Shown here in pieces: positions 48,113 to 61,500 of a stretch of DNA of 64,000 nt; position 1 is the first letter of the stretch; each line of letters begins with the position of its first letter. The notes under the pieces were generated by a model. The model was given only the letters and a program-made list of their open reading frames with translations, was not told the origin of the DNA and did not search any database. The stretch is from contig RBZT01000499.1 of the NCBI GenBank assembly GCA_003693705.1, forward strand, positions 124,001 through 188,000, given 5' to 3'. Both the position numbers and the translations under genes were made by a program. The stretch is from Polymyxa betae A26-41. Taxonomy: Eukaryota > Protista > Endomyxa: Phytomyxea.

Positions 48113-51100
48113 CTACCTGCAGATTTTTGCTAGCAGCTCGTCGATTTTATGGGTGAATGATGCCCGGTCGGTTCCCAGCAATTTCCGCTTTAACTCGCGA
48201 ATTGACGGACCAGAGCTGGCATCTCGAGTGCGCTTCTTGGCTTGTGTTGGTGATCGAACTCCTCGTTCAGAAATGTCATTGCTAACCGGCAACAATGGCA
48301 TTGATGTCATTTTCTCGATCGACAGTGGAGGAACATTCCTGCAAAGAAGCAGCTGAAGCCCTCGCGAGAACAACTTTAGTAGCAAAGAATCGATTCGGCT
48401 GTTAACAATAACAACTACAAGTCCAGCTACGTCAGCACCTATTAACAAAAAGCACATTACTATAACATCACACATTATAGAAATGCGCCAACCTTCAACA
48501 AATGCCTGCTGCATGCGGGAGACAACAGGCTGTGAAGCAACAATACCCTGGAAGTTGTCTCTTACATAAGTGGTTAGAAAACCAATATGGTCCTCGATAG
48601 ATTCAGATGGAAGCTCTATTTCGGGAAGAATATGACTCTTGATTATAGATTTGGATTCTTGAAGTTGTTCGGACCCGGAATCGGGAATACCTGCAAAATG
48701 AGGACCAAAATCCAACCAACAGGAAAACAAACACACCTTGAGTCCAAATTGATTGCGCAATGTCAAACAATGCCTTGTTGAATACTGAAATCATCGCATT
48801 CGGATGGATTTGGAGAGAAACGATTTCTTTAGACCGTAACTGGATCACGTTCTCGAGCGAAACGAATGAGGAAGTCGATTCATGGATTTTGTTAAGCAAA
48901 AACCATTGTACACCTGATGGAGCTTACACTTCAGAAGCCTCTTTAGTTAAACTTACTTACTTTCAACAAGCAAATTAGCGATCGTAGATTCTGAAGAAAC
49001 ATGGACGAATGACAATCGTTCTTCAAACAAAGGAGGTAATTTAGACCGGAAAATTTCTTCAAAGGTCGGATCCGGCGAATTTCCAGAGTACAGCACAAGA
49101 ACAGGAACCTGAAAAACATCACTGAAAACCTCCTATCTCACCAAGTGCTGACTCACATTTGGCTCCAATTCATTAAGCGCACGAAGACGCAACAGCTCAA
49201 AATTCGTAAGTGGCTGAGATATATCCTGATAGGAAGCAAAGAACAAAATGCCCTGAATTGGCTGCTCGGAAAATTTACCAACGGTTCTAATTAACCTTAG
49301 CTCAAGATTGAACGCACCGTATAAGGGGCACTACAACCAGAAGATGAACATTACAATCGAGAAGCAAAAAGCCAGTCCACCTTCATATCGAAGCTTGGTT
49401 TATCATCCAGTGAAAGCAATTTTAGAGCAGCATTGCAAATTTTGAAATCAGCATACGGTCGGTTTTGAACTGACAAATATTAAAACAGCGAAGAGCACCG
49501 AAAAAAGTGCCATACCGGCATCCGAATACCGAAGTGTAGGAACAGAAACAGCAACACGTAAACGAACATTGGAGCGGGGCCGGTTTCGATCGCTGTTAAC
49601 CCGCTCAACAAGAAGTTGCATGAATGAGGGCTTCTGTTCTGGTGGAGGCAGAGCACGACGAATGGGATGGGCAACTGGAGTGATGGGTCTGCAAACCAAA
49701 TCATTAGCATTGGACTAGAAAAAGATGAGAAACTTGTACCTTGAGCGAGCCAGTCGCTTAAATTGCCTAATGCGAGCGCCTTCCCGATTCCATTTGCGGA
49801 ACCAAATGTGCTTCCTGAAAAGTGATGCGATCATATCAGCTCTTTGTCGATTCCATGTGCGGCTTCTCCATCGGTTTAGCCAGATATGGGTGAGAAAGAG
49901 ACGAGCAACTTTAGATAGCGCTGTCAAGTAAGCCTTTTGCTCAGAAAACTTTAAAGAAACTCATCAGCTGCCAAAGAAGAAGTAACATACAATATCACCT
50001 TTCGTTGAGCATTTTGTAGCTGTTTCCGACGCTTTTCATCTGCACGATTATTTCGAAGAGATTTGGCAAAATCGCGCCATGCCCTTAAGAATAACGATTT
50101 CTTCTCTAGTAGATCATTAATATTTTGATACAGCAATATAAATAACAAAATACTTATGGAGAATTTGCCACCGAATTCAACACAAAGCAGTTCAAGTTTC
50201 TTCAGGTGCAGCTGCAAGGCCTCTTCTTTCTGTTTGATAGCGAGCTGTTTCTGTCGCTAACTTCGGATTTAGAAGTCCAAATAGACAGAATGCATTCGCC
50301 CGACCTCTTCCTCAACTCGATTTCTCTCTTGGTGTTCGCGCTGAGCTCTAAGGTTTTCCTGATGTTCTTTAGCTTTAAAGTCCGGAGCAGTTCGTTGTTG
50401 GGTAACTGCAGTTGAAGCAGTTAAATCGCCCATTATAACCGCTTTCCTGGAAGGTTGTGGAGGCCCAATAAGAACTCGAGATCTGGTTGAACTTTAGTAT
50501 ATCGAAATCAAGCAACAAACCGCAATCATACCTCATCCATTCCACTTTAACATCCTCTTCCATTGGGGATGCGGTTTTAACCATTTCATTATTAACCACA
50601 GTGATACCATGAACTTCACAAAAGTGAAGTGCCTCAGGCAAGTCGTCGAACGCCAAAATCTCGATCTAGGACCGAAATTAGTACAGTAGGTAATCAAGAG
50701 ACAGAAAACCTACAAGAGACTGAAGTGGAAATGTCGATTGAACGGGTCCCATTCCATGGTATATAATCCGCAATGCTCGACTTCGAAATCCCCAGAGAAA
50801 TCCATGTACACAGCATTTCTGAAGATACGTTGCGCTAAGCCATAGTTTAGGCAAAGACAATAATATAAAGCCAGCATACCGAGAATTCAAGACACCAAAA
50901 AACCTGGAATAATTTAGACCTCTGAAACTCGCCATTAATTCACGAGCGACCTAAGCGCAACTGGTTTTCAAGAGCCGTCAAAATAACTAAAAAGCATACG
51001 CAAATAAGCGGTGAAGATCGAATATGAGCAGGCAGGTTCATCAGACGATCATTCAACTTATTAGTATCCCTCATATTGAGAAGTATCTGATACGAATAAA

Positions 51101-53122
51101 ACTCGGCTTCGCTTGGCGTTGCGATACCATTTTTCAAGCGAAGATCTTTGTAATAGTGATTCAGGGAAGTTATCGTGTGTGATACTTGCTGCAAATTCTG
51201 GAACTTTTGGAAGTCATCTTCCTTTTCTTCGCAGCTAGACGACAATGAGATTTCTATAGTACACTTCAAGGAGATGATAGCCTACAGTTCGTGATGCGAA
51301 AGAATGAAATATCTTGCAATCTGCTCATGTACAGTGGCGGCCAAAGTCTCAGCCTAAACTTGTTTAGCACCCCAAAAGGGACATTCCATGAACCATGCAG
51401 ACCTGATCTTGCAAAGCGAAATCTTTACGAACCGCTCGAAATCGATCTGTTACTGCTTAGAAAATACAGAAGAAGCCAGAGCACGGTGTTACCTCGAAGG
51501 AAGTTGTAGACATCTAATGGAGGTACTAAGTTGCTGTCCAAAACATGGTTAAACAGGTACTCGACGGTCTTTGCCAAAACTACTGGAGGACGAATCTGCA
51601 ATATGAGTTGAGAGTAATGAGGATCAAAAGAATTGGTTCGTACTTCAGATGGGGTTGCTGCGTGCATTCCGGCAGCAGAACGCTGATACTTTTTTACCAT
51701 CTTTCCGGGATCGGCACGTCGAGTCGATCGCAAATTACCGGAATCATCTTGAACACTTTCCAAAATATGGACATCCTGTATTCCGTTAGCATGTAGAGGC
51801 TGATAGAGAAGTTTGCACCATTTCAATATCACGTTTGCGTATTTCTTCTTCAGAGCACATTGTCATCAATGTCCCAACGATGCAAGCAGAGCCTGAGGCA
51901 AATTCGGGCTCCTCTTCGTCAATCAATTCGTCCGATAAAGATACAATTGGGGTAGTTTGTGTGGACTAGAAGCAAACCTCAGTGAAGTAGATTTAAAATG
52001 AAACTAAATTACTCACTGATTCTGGCGGGATGAAACTGGAACCACGAAATCGTCTAGAGCGAGCCGTAATAAGAGCTTCATCTGAAAGAAAATAAGCGGA
52101 AGTAAAGATAATCAGAAGCAATACCAGATGGTGCCTCAGAGTCGATTTCCTCTTTAGGAGAAGCAGGTGGCACAGGCTGAATAATTACTCATTAGCAGAT
52201 ATAAGGCGTAAGCAATGTAACAACTTCGACGATTTTAACAGTTTGTGCTGCTCCATGAATAGAACTCGCATTGAAGGTGACAGTGGCAGGATGAGTGGGA
52301 GACGCCTTCCTCGTGAACAATCCCTCCATTGGTGGTGAAGGCACAGGTGGAAAAGATTCGATTTTGGTCTCAGCAGGCACCGAGTTGTGGCCATCAGCAC
52401 TTTTCGTATCGTGCAGGAACTTGCAGGATTCGCCTTTGAGGCAAGCGCCGGCCAGGAAATATCGGCAGATGGCTTTAGGTCGAGCCTCGTGATTTGCAGT
52501 TGCTTTCGACCGAGACTCAGAATTTGCCCCAAAGACAAACTTTGGTGGCCCATCAACATGAGCAGACGGCGGAATTTCATGCAGAAAAGGGCAGCTTTCT
52601 CCATTCCTACAGGACCCTTTTTGGAAAAATGTACAATAACTGCGAGAAGGAGCAGAGGCTGAGGGAACCGGTTCGGAAGGTTTCATAGCTGCCGGCCTCA
52701 CAAATTCAGCAAATACGGATTCTGGAGGCTCTCTCCCAGCATCGTGTCCTGATAAAGCTGGAGGGTTTGAGGGACTCGTAAATTGAGGAAATGCCAGCGT
52801 TTGAAGACCAGGAAAACTCGAAGCGCTGGTTGAGAGTGAAGATGCAAACCCAAAACCAGTCTGGGATGTCGTCATGTTAGGGGCAGCGAAATTATTGGAC
52901 GAAAAACCTCCAAAAGGATTCGAAGCAGGTTTAAAAGCATCGGCCATGGAATTGCCGGATAATGGCGCGAATTGACCAAACGCTGGCAGTTTCGAATCAT
53001 TCATGGCTGTCCTACAAAGCCCAATGGAAAGGCGATAGCATGATTTTATAGGTTTCTTACTGTGAGAAAGAAGAGCTTTGCTGTTGCTGCTGTTGCTGTG
53101 CGTTTTCGAAGGCTGGAAACAT
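48113..53122 (-). CDS. SAC3: SAC3/GANP family mRNA-export scaffold with FG-like N-terminus and two CCCH zinc fingers, many introns
   Basis: MVKKYQRSAAG, IRPPVVLAKTVEYL, DRFRAVRKD, EAEFYSYQILL, NYSRFF; CCCH fingers CTFFQKGSCRNGESCPFLH and CRYFLAGACLKGESCKFLH. Confidence 0.85.
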
Positions 53123-53716
53123 GATGGCTAAGTAATTCAACAAAACCAGAGCATTCTAGAGACTCGGGACCAAGCCAAGCCAAGCGACACAGACCAAGGC
53201 CAGTGTCTTCTTGAGGCTGAAGCAAGATTGGTCTGCAGCACCTGATTGGAGAAGAGTGGACTGGATACCCTCAGCACGGAGCTCCGTAGTCCCGCTTACA
53301 ATCACGAATTCAATTATGAGGTCAATCGGCGTTGGGGCTGGTTTGGGCTCTTTGCAGTCAATTCCATGGATCACCATCTACAAGGCTATTATTGAGCACA
53401 AAACACAATTGACTTAAGGACAATGCAAATCGAATGTTGGCAATTTAGTGATTTGCTTCGAGTTGAACTTTTCAACTGAGACTTCAGCTGCGGCTTGAGC
53501 TCAAGATGTAACTGATAGACTATCTATATTAGATATGCAGGTTGCAACTGAAGCACAACAAGGCGACATTTGACAAAGTGATTGAGTTTTGCTTTCTTAG
53601 CTCTATCCTATTGTTTGCTCTCAGCAATTCAACATTCATTGAGATTTAGGAGCAAACAGCTGAGCAGCTAATTCTCGGCACATGAACGTTGTCGAGAGAT
53701 GTACATTTATCAATTA

Positions 53717-54393
53717 TCATCGTACCAGTTTTTGATCAAGCCATGCAATACCGTCTTGCAGCCCTTCACCTGTTAGCGAATTACTAGGACTATAGCAGGA
53801 TCTAAGTGAAAACACTCATAATTAACCGATTTGTCGTACGTGATTGTCCATGGGCGATCCGTAACCTGGTCCAATTTCAGGAGTTTCGACATTTCTGGAG
53901 CCGTCAATGCGTCAGGCAAGTCGATTTTATTTGCAAAGATCAGCAACGGTATCGGTTTTAAAGCAATATCTGGAATGCACGATTCAATGTTCGCCACTTA
54001 AAACGATTTGCCCAGTACCTTTATGACTTAGAAGCGCCTTAAGCTCGTCTTCCACGACACACATTCTGACGGTATCAGCCGAATCTATTACGAATATAAC
54101 TGCTTGCGCGTCTTGATAATAGTGCTCCCAAAGGTTTCTATATCGCCCTTGTCCTGACATATCGAACATAGTAAAATTGGTTGTGCCATGTCTGAAATTC
54201 TCAACTTGGAAACCCACAGTTGCTTGGGTCTCAGCTACCTGAAATGTGGTGTCATTATTGAAAATAAAGATGTTGCTAACTGAACTTTATCCTTTGCTGG
54301 TTTCAAATAGTTGATAATTGTGGATTTCCCGCTGTTATCGAGCCCAACAACAAGAACACGACATTTTTTTGTGCCTGAGAATATGCCACCCAT
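53717..54393 (-). CDS. ARL6: ADP-ribosylation factor-like 6 (BBS3), spliced
   Basis: [46 protein letters not shown]. Confidence 0.93.
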
Positions 54394-54511
54394 CAGGGTA
54401 AGCCGTAAAAGATTTAGAAATGGAAATGGACTGGGACTGACACTTTCTCAGTCTTATGAGCTTCGTGTCACATTGTTGAGCCTCCGATCTGGTGAGCAAT
54501 TCCAAGAAATC

Positions 54512-56610
54512 ATGTCGCTCGACGATATGGTCGAAAAGACATCTACGCTGATCAGTTCGGTGATTCAGAAGCCCAAGATGACCCCAAAGTTACTTGCCAA
54601 ACCGCCATTTCGCTTCTTACACGACATCTTTATTGGAGTTACGAAGGCGACTGGGTTAGGCGAGGGCTTGTTTGAAGGCGATCTTCTCGATTCATCCAAG
54701 TTCCAAGACAACAAAGAAGCCAAAATGCTTTTCTTGAAGAGGTGGATTGACTTTGTCAGTGTTTCAGCCGGGGAATTGCTCCAAGCTGACCCAAGAAAAA
54801 TCATATCGGGGCTGGACGTCGAAAATACGAATTTGATGCTGCAAGCTTTCGCATTGCTTGCCGTTCGGGTTCGCGATGGCCTAGTATCCAATGCTGAACT
54901 TACCAACCGGTTCCTCGGCACCTCACCAGAAACATCAGCTGTTCAGCCAGGCTCCAATTTGATACGTCAACAGGAGCCGGTCGTCCAGAGCGCTCCTTCA
55001 CAGCCAGCATCACTAGGGTCTTCAATCGCATCGCATATGGATGACGCTAGTAATCCAATCCAACAAGGGACAAAGGCAATGGAGAGAAACCCTACGGATG
55101 CCAAAGTGACAGAAAGTATAACCGACAATGAAGTGGCAAAAGTGACGGAGAGGAAACCTATTACCAGTGATGACGTATCGTTGTCAACTCCTCCAAGTCT
55201 CTCTCGCCCAACCTCATTAACAAATGACAATTCATCAAGCGACAAATCATTCGTGGGGGTCACCCAACAGAAACTGGGAGCTATCATCACCCGACCGACC
55301 CTGAAAGCTGAACTGCTACAACGCCCGCCGCTTCGATTTCTTCAGGATGTTGTCAGAGAGGTTCATGCGGCTACAGGATGCCTGGGTAACAACTTCCAGC
55401 CCGAGGAATTGACTAAGAAGTTAGAAAAGGACGAGAAAGCAGCATTTTTGGAGAAACTGGTCGCGTTCATATCGTCAACGAGTGGAGTCGGGCTGAATAT
55501 CAATATCAAAAAAGTTCTTGCTGGACAGGATCCTGAAAGGACAAACGAACTTTTGCAGCTCCTTGCTGATATCGCCAGACAACACATGCTCAGGACCTCT
55601 GAGGTTGCTCCAAAATCATCAGCTGAATTTGAACTGAAACCTGCTCAAGCTAAAACAGATACTGATCGCTTATCGAAAACAAAGAACACCACGAAGGAGA
55701 CGCCGATAGAACAGGGAAAATCGATGAACAGTGGGCTCGATGACAAACCCATTAAACGCACTGCTTCAGAAGCCAAAATCGCACCCAAAAGAACAGATCT
55801 TCAAAACTCAAAACAGTAGACTTCTTTTTGGAATGTGTTTGAATACGGCTGAACCATTGTAGGTCATATCAAGAACAGGTATCCAGAACTTTGGATTTGC
55901 CTTTTTTGTCGAATGAGAAAACAGCAGTGGCAGGTGCTGCCCCTCCCAAAATCCAAGAATTCGCCAAGACGGATTCTAAGGTGGAAGAGTCAATCTCGGT
56001 TCCTAGCGGAATAATTTTAGAAGGCGAAGAAGCGAAAGACGATATCGATGATCAAGAAGATGAAGACGAAGATGCCAATGCTAGAGCTGATTTAGCAACC
56101 ACTCCTGGAACCGTAGAAGATGAAAAAAAGCACGGGCGTCTGGTACGAGATATTCTGAAGCAACAGGAGAAGTCAGCTGCCCTCAACGATATTCATGAGG
56201 GCCAGGCTTCAGCGGCTGAACGATCAGCTGGAATTAAGCTCGGCCGTATTGGCGGTAAAGACCGGCGAAGCAGTTATTCTCAACAAATGATCGACCACCT
56301 GAGAGAGAACATCCAGAAAGTATGTCAGAGTGTGAATCCGTTGGGCAAATGTATCGATTTCGTAGACGAGGACTTAGAACTGATGCGCCTTGAACTTGAT
56401 AAATGGAGACAGGAGCAAGTTGTTCAGAAAGCCAAATTGGAGAAAGAGCAAAAGGCTTCTGTCGAGTTCCTTCTGCCGCTAGAGAATGATCTGCAGAAGA
56501 TCGAGAAGCAAATTGCTGAGGCCAGGATTCGCACACAAAAGCTTCGAGGAAATATCATTCGAAATGATGACCAGCTTAAAATGTTACTAGAAAGGCAGAT
56601 AAAGGCTTAA
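54512..56610 (+). CDS. IFT54: Intraflagellar transport protein IFT54/TRAF3IP1 with two CH-like domains, 2 exons
   Basis: LLAKPPFRFLHDI; second copy LLQRPPLRFLQDV; HGRLVRDIL; QSVNPLGKCIDFVDEDLE.M..EL..W; C-terminal coiled coil. Confidence 0.93.
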
Positions 56611-56652
56611 ATGGATGGAAATATATTTAATAGAAAATGTATAGAGAATATG

Positions 56653-56826
56653 TTAACGTCGCTTTTTCTTATCTTTTCTCTGTTGTCTTAACGATCTGCG
56701 AAGCTCTTTTCTCTCTTGCCGATTAGGATAGACGATGAAAACTCTATTCTTGGTTAGATCGAAATGGACATGACGTTCAGTGTGCCTGGGCTCTCCGACA
56801 ATCTGTTCAACAGCAGCCAGCGACAT
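56653..56826 (-). CDS. 57-aa basic microprotein with RVxF motif (copy B)
   Basis: ATG..TAA ORF MSLAAVEQIVGEPRHTERHVHFDLTKNRVFIVYPNRQERKELRRSLRQQRKDKKKRR; paralogue of 17296-17469. Confidence 0.85.
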   Translation of the reverse strand: MSLAAVEQIVGEPRHTERHVHFDLTKNRVFIVYPNRQERKELRRSLRQQRKDKKKRR

Positions 56827-57052
56827 GAGAGCGTAGCGGCGACAAACGCTGAGTCGATCCGGCTAATTTGGATACTCTGGAAGAGCGGTCACAGGTGTGG
56901 TAGAGACGATCACCAAGATACGCTTAACTATCTCATGTAAAGTAGGGAGAGTAGGTGAGGGTACAATTCAATCTATCGGTATTGATTACTGGAGCCCATG
57001 CCTGCCACTGGACTTGCAACACTGTCGGCGAAATTCAACGTCACACTGGGCC

Positions 57053-57070
57053 TAGTCTAAATTTAGACTA
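57053..57070. repeat. Perfect 18-bp palindrome TAGTCTAAATTTAGACTA upstream of microprotein B
   Basis: Direct reading. Confidence 0.8.
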
Positions 57071-57547
57071 AGGTGCACTTTGTTTCTGGCTCTCTAATCC
57101 AACAATCCCTCAGGGAAAGCCTGTCAATCTTCTGGAAGCATGGAATTCAACCCTGCTGCTATTTCTCTGCCTTGGAGATATTCAAACGCGTACAGTTCTG
57201 TTTTTGTTTGACAGGAACGATTTTGTTGCTGTATCATGTAAAATGAGAGGTTTCATCAATCATTCTTACTAGTCGCAAAGATGATGGTGCATTTTGCTGA
57301 CAAGGTGACATCTCTCTGTTCGCAATTCGCAACATCGAAAAAAACATCCTCTATTCAAATTGTAGACAATTAAGCCATTGGATAAATGGCAATTCCTAGA
57401 ACTCTATACATATGTAACTAACGTCAGAGATAGTAAGTGAATGCGACCTTGGAGGCTTGGACTGAAATAAATGACCCGGAAGGCTGTAAAGACAAGTAGA
57501 GGGACAGACATTTACTCTGAAGATGCCTTTATAAATAGTTATTGTGG

Positions 57548-58533
57548 TTAAAGCTGCTTCTCATTCCTCCGCCGCTCTGTACATATCCTGCAATACCAGA
57601 CGCCATTCGGCGTCTCAGAAATTCCAGCGCATTTGAAATGCCACCACTTCCATTCGTATCAGCATCCGTAACCCTTAAAGCAATCCTTTCCATACCTGAA
57701 TAGGGCATAGCTCATCGTCGCAGGCCACCATTTGCCCGTACGAAGCTTGTTTACAATAACAATATGTCTGCTCGGATAAGGCTGGACCCGACGCTCGACT
57801 TTTCGGCTCATCCGCTGTGAATCATACATAAGCATGGAGCAACTTTGGGGCAGGACTTCTTACAAATTTGGTGGCGGGGTGAAGGTGGCACCGAAACAAG
57901 CGGCAGGGGCGACTGGACCATCGGGGATGATCGATCAATCGATAAACGATGCGACCTGGTTGGGATCCCGATATTCTGTGCCATATAATCTTCAAAATCA
58001 TCATCACGAGTATACGGGCCTATTTCTCTCTCAAATCGCTGCATATCCACGTCAATTCTAGTTAAATGACTCCTGGCCTACAGAATCAGGCATCCAACGC
58101 AGCAAAAAGGCGGAACACCTTACAATTTTATGGCTTTCTTTGGCAATAATCAGCTTTTCGTCAAGAAGCTTGATGCATTTGCGTTCCTAAAGAACAATTA
58201 TAAAAATCGGTAATGACGTTTTTTTCTGAGCGAACCAGTCGTCGTAATTTTCTTAAGGCGTTAACATCGAAAGGTTTCGCCCCCTTTTTAGAGTCGGAAT
58301 CGGATTTCAGTACGAGATTTTGTTGTTGCTTTATTTCCTCTCGAAGTTCTAATAAAAAAATCACAAAAAAAACAACAAACCATATCGACAAAATTACGTT
58401 CAGCATGAGCGTCCAGCTGATAGAGCAGCTGCATGTTTCGCTGCAAATCGACCGGCAGGAATTTTAGACCGTCAAGGATGTTTTCAAGATAGGTGCCTTC
58501 GGAGGCGGTCGCCGCCGGGGCCGATACGATCAT
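57548..58533 (-). CDS. ING-family PHD-finger chromatin reader, spliced
   Basis: YLENILDGLKFLPVDLQRNMQLLYQLD; PHD finger TYCYCKQASYGQMVACDD..C...WWHFKC...WYC..C. Confidence 0.93.
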
Positions 58534-58835
58534 GCCGTCTGCTGAAGTCGGATAGATGACAGACACCTGGGAGAGGAGGGTCGTCGACCGATTACCGCAG
58601 CCCGTCAACTCACCAAAGACAGAACTCTGGCGCACTTTAAACTTTCTTTAAGCTTTTTGCGCACTTTAAATTCCGATCATCTGATCATGTCGCGCTTAAT
58701 GAAAAAATGCGATTGCATGCTTGCGATACCACATTTTCAAGTTAATTCAGACGAAGCGACCCAACAACAACAAACTTCGAAAAGGAGGAAAACAATAGGA
58801 ATATTGATGGAATTTAATAGAGGCGATGGTGATGA

Positions 58836-60761
<1,926 letters not shown>

Positions 60762-61152
60762 TCAAAAAGCAACTGCGAATCCGGCGAAATCGAAGACGAA
60801 AGATTGTCCATCGATTTAAGATTGACAATTACTGGATATGACCAGATGTCGTTCATCCGATTGAGAGCATTGAGCAATTGGAGCTAATGGAGCAGCCTAA
60901 ACTAGTTTTTCATGCAAAGTTTAACAACAAGTTTCTTTTTCACATTTTGAGCAGCTTTTTTTACCCAACTTTTTCACGTAAAGACAGGTGAATCGAATAT
61001 GAGAAAACTACCGGTAGATTGACAAGAATCTTAAAAAACGACATTGACTGGTGTGAGATAGGTGCGGCCTTCCTTTATGTCGCATCGCAGCTGCCAAAAT
61101 CGAACGACGAGGATCACCTGATCATAACATATCGTTAATTTCAGCGGTTATC

Positions 61153-61430
61153 ATGGTCTCACTCGGATCGAAGCCTGGAGCTGTTACTGTCCTTGCAGCA
61201 TGTGTAGGCAGTGTTGCGGTCTCTTATTTTCTTATGAACACTGTCAGTCCTCGTGGTATGTTTTAGAATTGAGCCATTGTCTGTCTTTCACTCAGTTTTG
61301 CGGCTGTGCAGTTAACACTCCCCGTACCGAATCGCCTGAATGGAAAGAGGCTGAACTCTTGTATCGACTTCGTCAGAACCAGAACCCGATCTTCGGATAT
61401 GCATCTCAAGCAGTAAAGAGCGAGCACTAA
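61153..61430 (+). CDS. Short cytochrome c oxidase subunit IV-like protein (COX4/yeast Cox5 family), 2 exons
   Basis: One TM segment (VTVLAACVGSVAVSYFL), then after a GTATGT...GCAG intron TPRTESPEWKEAELLYRLRQNQNPIFGYASQ, matching the COX4 C-terminal P.T...EW.....Y...Q..NP..G pattern. Confidence 0.7.
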
Positions 61431-61500
61431 ATGTTTGTCATCAAACTATAACGACTTGCTGTTCAAAATACATTTCTACGCTCTTGATAAGTTTATTATT

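Noticed and set aside
53156-53690. Possible small gene between SAC3 and ARL6
   Set aside because: Only short ORFs with no recognisable motifs, and no consistent splice model could be built.
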